Shown in pieces: positions 62,543 to 64,000 of a stretch of DNA of 64,000 nt. Within the stretch, counting starts at the first letter, position 1. Each line of letters opens with the position of its first letter. Source of the DNA: Zygnema circumcarinatum SAG 698-1b (lineage: Eukaryota > Plantae > Zygnematophyceae); the NCBI GenBank assembly GCA_037447605.1, contig CM074804.1:5309909-5373908 (forward strand), read 5' to 3'. Below the pieces are notes generated by a model. It saw nothing but the letters and a program-made list of their open reading frames with translations. It was not told the origin of the DNA and made no database searches. Both the position numbers and the translations under genes were made by a program.

Positions 62543-62701
62543 AGGGGGTGTCAGACTTAAAAAATTTCAGTACGCGTGTTCGTAAGTTTGACGTCAGAAC
62601 GAGTACTCCAGTATAATCGCGATCCTCCCGCGGCGGAGTACTTTCGTAACCTTTTTTTTCGTAACGCTTTTCGTAAGATTTTGTTAAGTCTGACACCCCC
62701 T
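62543..62701. mobile_element. MITE, about 160 bp, with perfect 18-bp TIR AGGGGGTGTCAGACTTAA
   Basis: AGGGGGTGTCAGACTTAA at 62543 and TTAAGTCTGACACCCCCT ending at 62701; flanked by AAT/AAT (or TA/TA, depending on where the boundary is set). Confidence 0.85.
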
Positions 62702-63751
62702 AATGTTTCCTAATTCCTAATTCGAAAATGCCGAGAATTAAAAAACGGATTTTTTAGACGAAACGCATTCTCTGTCCAGCCGCCACCCCCGCTCCCTGCT
62801 CCGCGCGGAGGCCACGTGGCAGCCACGAGGGGCCGTCGTCCGCCTTCATGGAGGGCCCCCGCGCGCCCTCGTGAGCCACTTCGCCGCGGTGGAACATCGG
62901 CCAATGGTGACTCGTCACGTAAGCAAAGTTGTACACGTGTCGAGGCGTCATTGATTATGCTTGGCTGCGTTGCCGGCGGTGGCGCAGCGTTACGCGCATT
63001 ATTGAGGGCGGCGCGACCTCGGCCTGAAGATGCGGCCGCGCTGCAATGGCGGGCGGGCGGGCGGGGCCGTTGGCGCGCCGAGGGAGGCATTGATGGGCAT
63101 CTGATCGCGACGAGCGGCCTGCAGGCATCACATCGCGACGTTCGTAAACAATAATCGTGGACGGCGTGTCACCTGGCGAGTGAGCGAGCGAGAGAGTGCG
63201 CGCGAATGAATGAATGATTGCCGCAAACTGAGGGAGATAATCATCCCGTTGAGCTGTCGCCAGTGAGTGGACCGCGCCATAATCTGTTACGTTCCGTCTG
63301 TTCCGTCCGTCCATTCCAGACGAGGCAGGGCAAGGCAGGGTGCAGCTCAACCCTCTGCTGACATGGGCCAGCACTGGTCGGCCATGGCTGTCTCCGCCTG
63401 TCGTTCGCCACAACAGACTGCGACACGGGGATGCGGCCCCTGCATTAGTGGTAGACCCGCGGCTGCGTTAAGGCGGGCTTAGCCCCGCCTCACATTTGAC
63501 AAGCTGTTAGCATTGTCAAATCTAACTGATCGCCTTTGAAGTTTGAGTAGCAAAAACACAATCGAATTTCAGATTTTTTTTCCCAACTCAATGGCGCCCC
63601 CCCTAAACTATAAATCTTGGATCTCAGCCCTCCCGAAGTAAAATCTTGGATCCGCCCCTGCCTCTGCATGGACAGCGGAATTTGTGAAGGTGATGTTCTT
63701 CCACGTTGATGTGTGGTTCTCACTCTGCAGAGGCGCTGTGTTTCTTATCAA

Positions 63752-63906
63752 TGGGGCGTGTCAGACTTAACAAACGTCAGTATGCATCTTCGTAAGTCTT
63801 ACACCAAAACGAGTACTCTGAAGACATCGCCATCCGCCTGCTGCATAGTACTCCTGTAACGTTTTTCCGTAAAATTTTCGTAATTTTGTTAAGTTTGATA
63901 CGCCCT
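63752..63906. mobile_element. MITE, same family
   Basis: GGGGCGTGTCAGACTTAACAAA ... TTTGTTAAGTTTGATACGCCCT, with the shared internal CGTAAG...AACGAGTACTC...AGTACTCCTGTAACG. Confidence 0.8.
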
Positions 63907-64000
63907 ATTGGAAAGGGGTTGCACGAGGTGTCAACATGGGGCCCAGACGAGGGCCTATCAGAAGGGTCTTGGCAGGAGCGGAAGAGAAACGATTTCTGCT

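Noticed and set aside
63560-63665. GGATCCGCCCCTG end motif resembling a Harbinger-type MITE terminus
   Set aside because: No matching opposite terminus was identified in the window.

Overview
Intron-rich eukaryotic genomic DNA from the green lineage. Plant-type RAN1/HMA5, MutS2 and RSL1-type RBR genes occur together with G8-domain genes, which suggests a streptophyte alga (inference). 1-23.3 kb is a compact housekeeping block: RMI1 (-) head-to-head with an RBR E3 ligase carrying an RNase H-like domain (+), plastid-type MutS2 (-) head-to-head with the HAS1/DDX18 DEAD-box helicase (+), then a Cu(I) P1B-ATPase (+). 24.6-27.2 kb is a foldback Mutator-like element with long composite inverted repeats, 94-bp tandem units and a FAR1-type zinc-finger mini-ORF. 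27.5-61.6 kb holds three diverged paralogs (A +, C +, B -) of a large secreted multi-exon protein of about 1,600 aa by rough exon count. Its architecture is signal peptide - G8 - CEMIP/TMEM2/fibrocystin-like beta-helix - three bacterial-type jelly-roll repeats, with myxobacterial-type CDGxDNDCDG motifs between repeats 1 and 2. A 100-N gap at 38031-38130 hides the end of A and the start of C. A small MITE family, a ~580-bp hairpin and a candidate solo LTR are also present. The best candidates for something new are the G8 paralog cluster and the RBR ligase whose RNase H domain has its first catalytic Asp replaced by Asn. All calls are by eye and from remembered family motifs; no searches were run.
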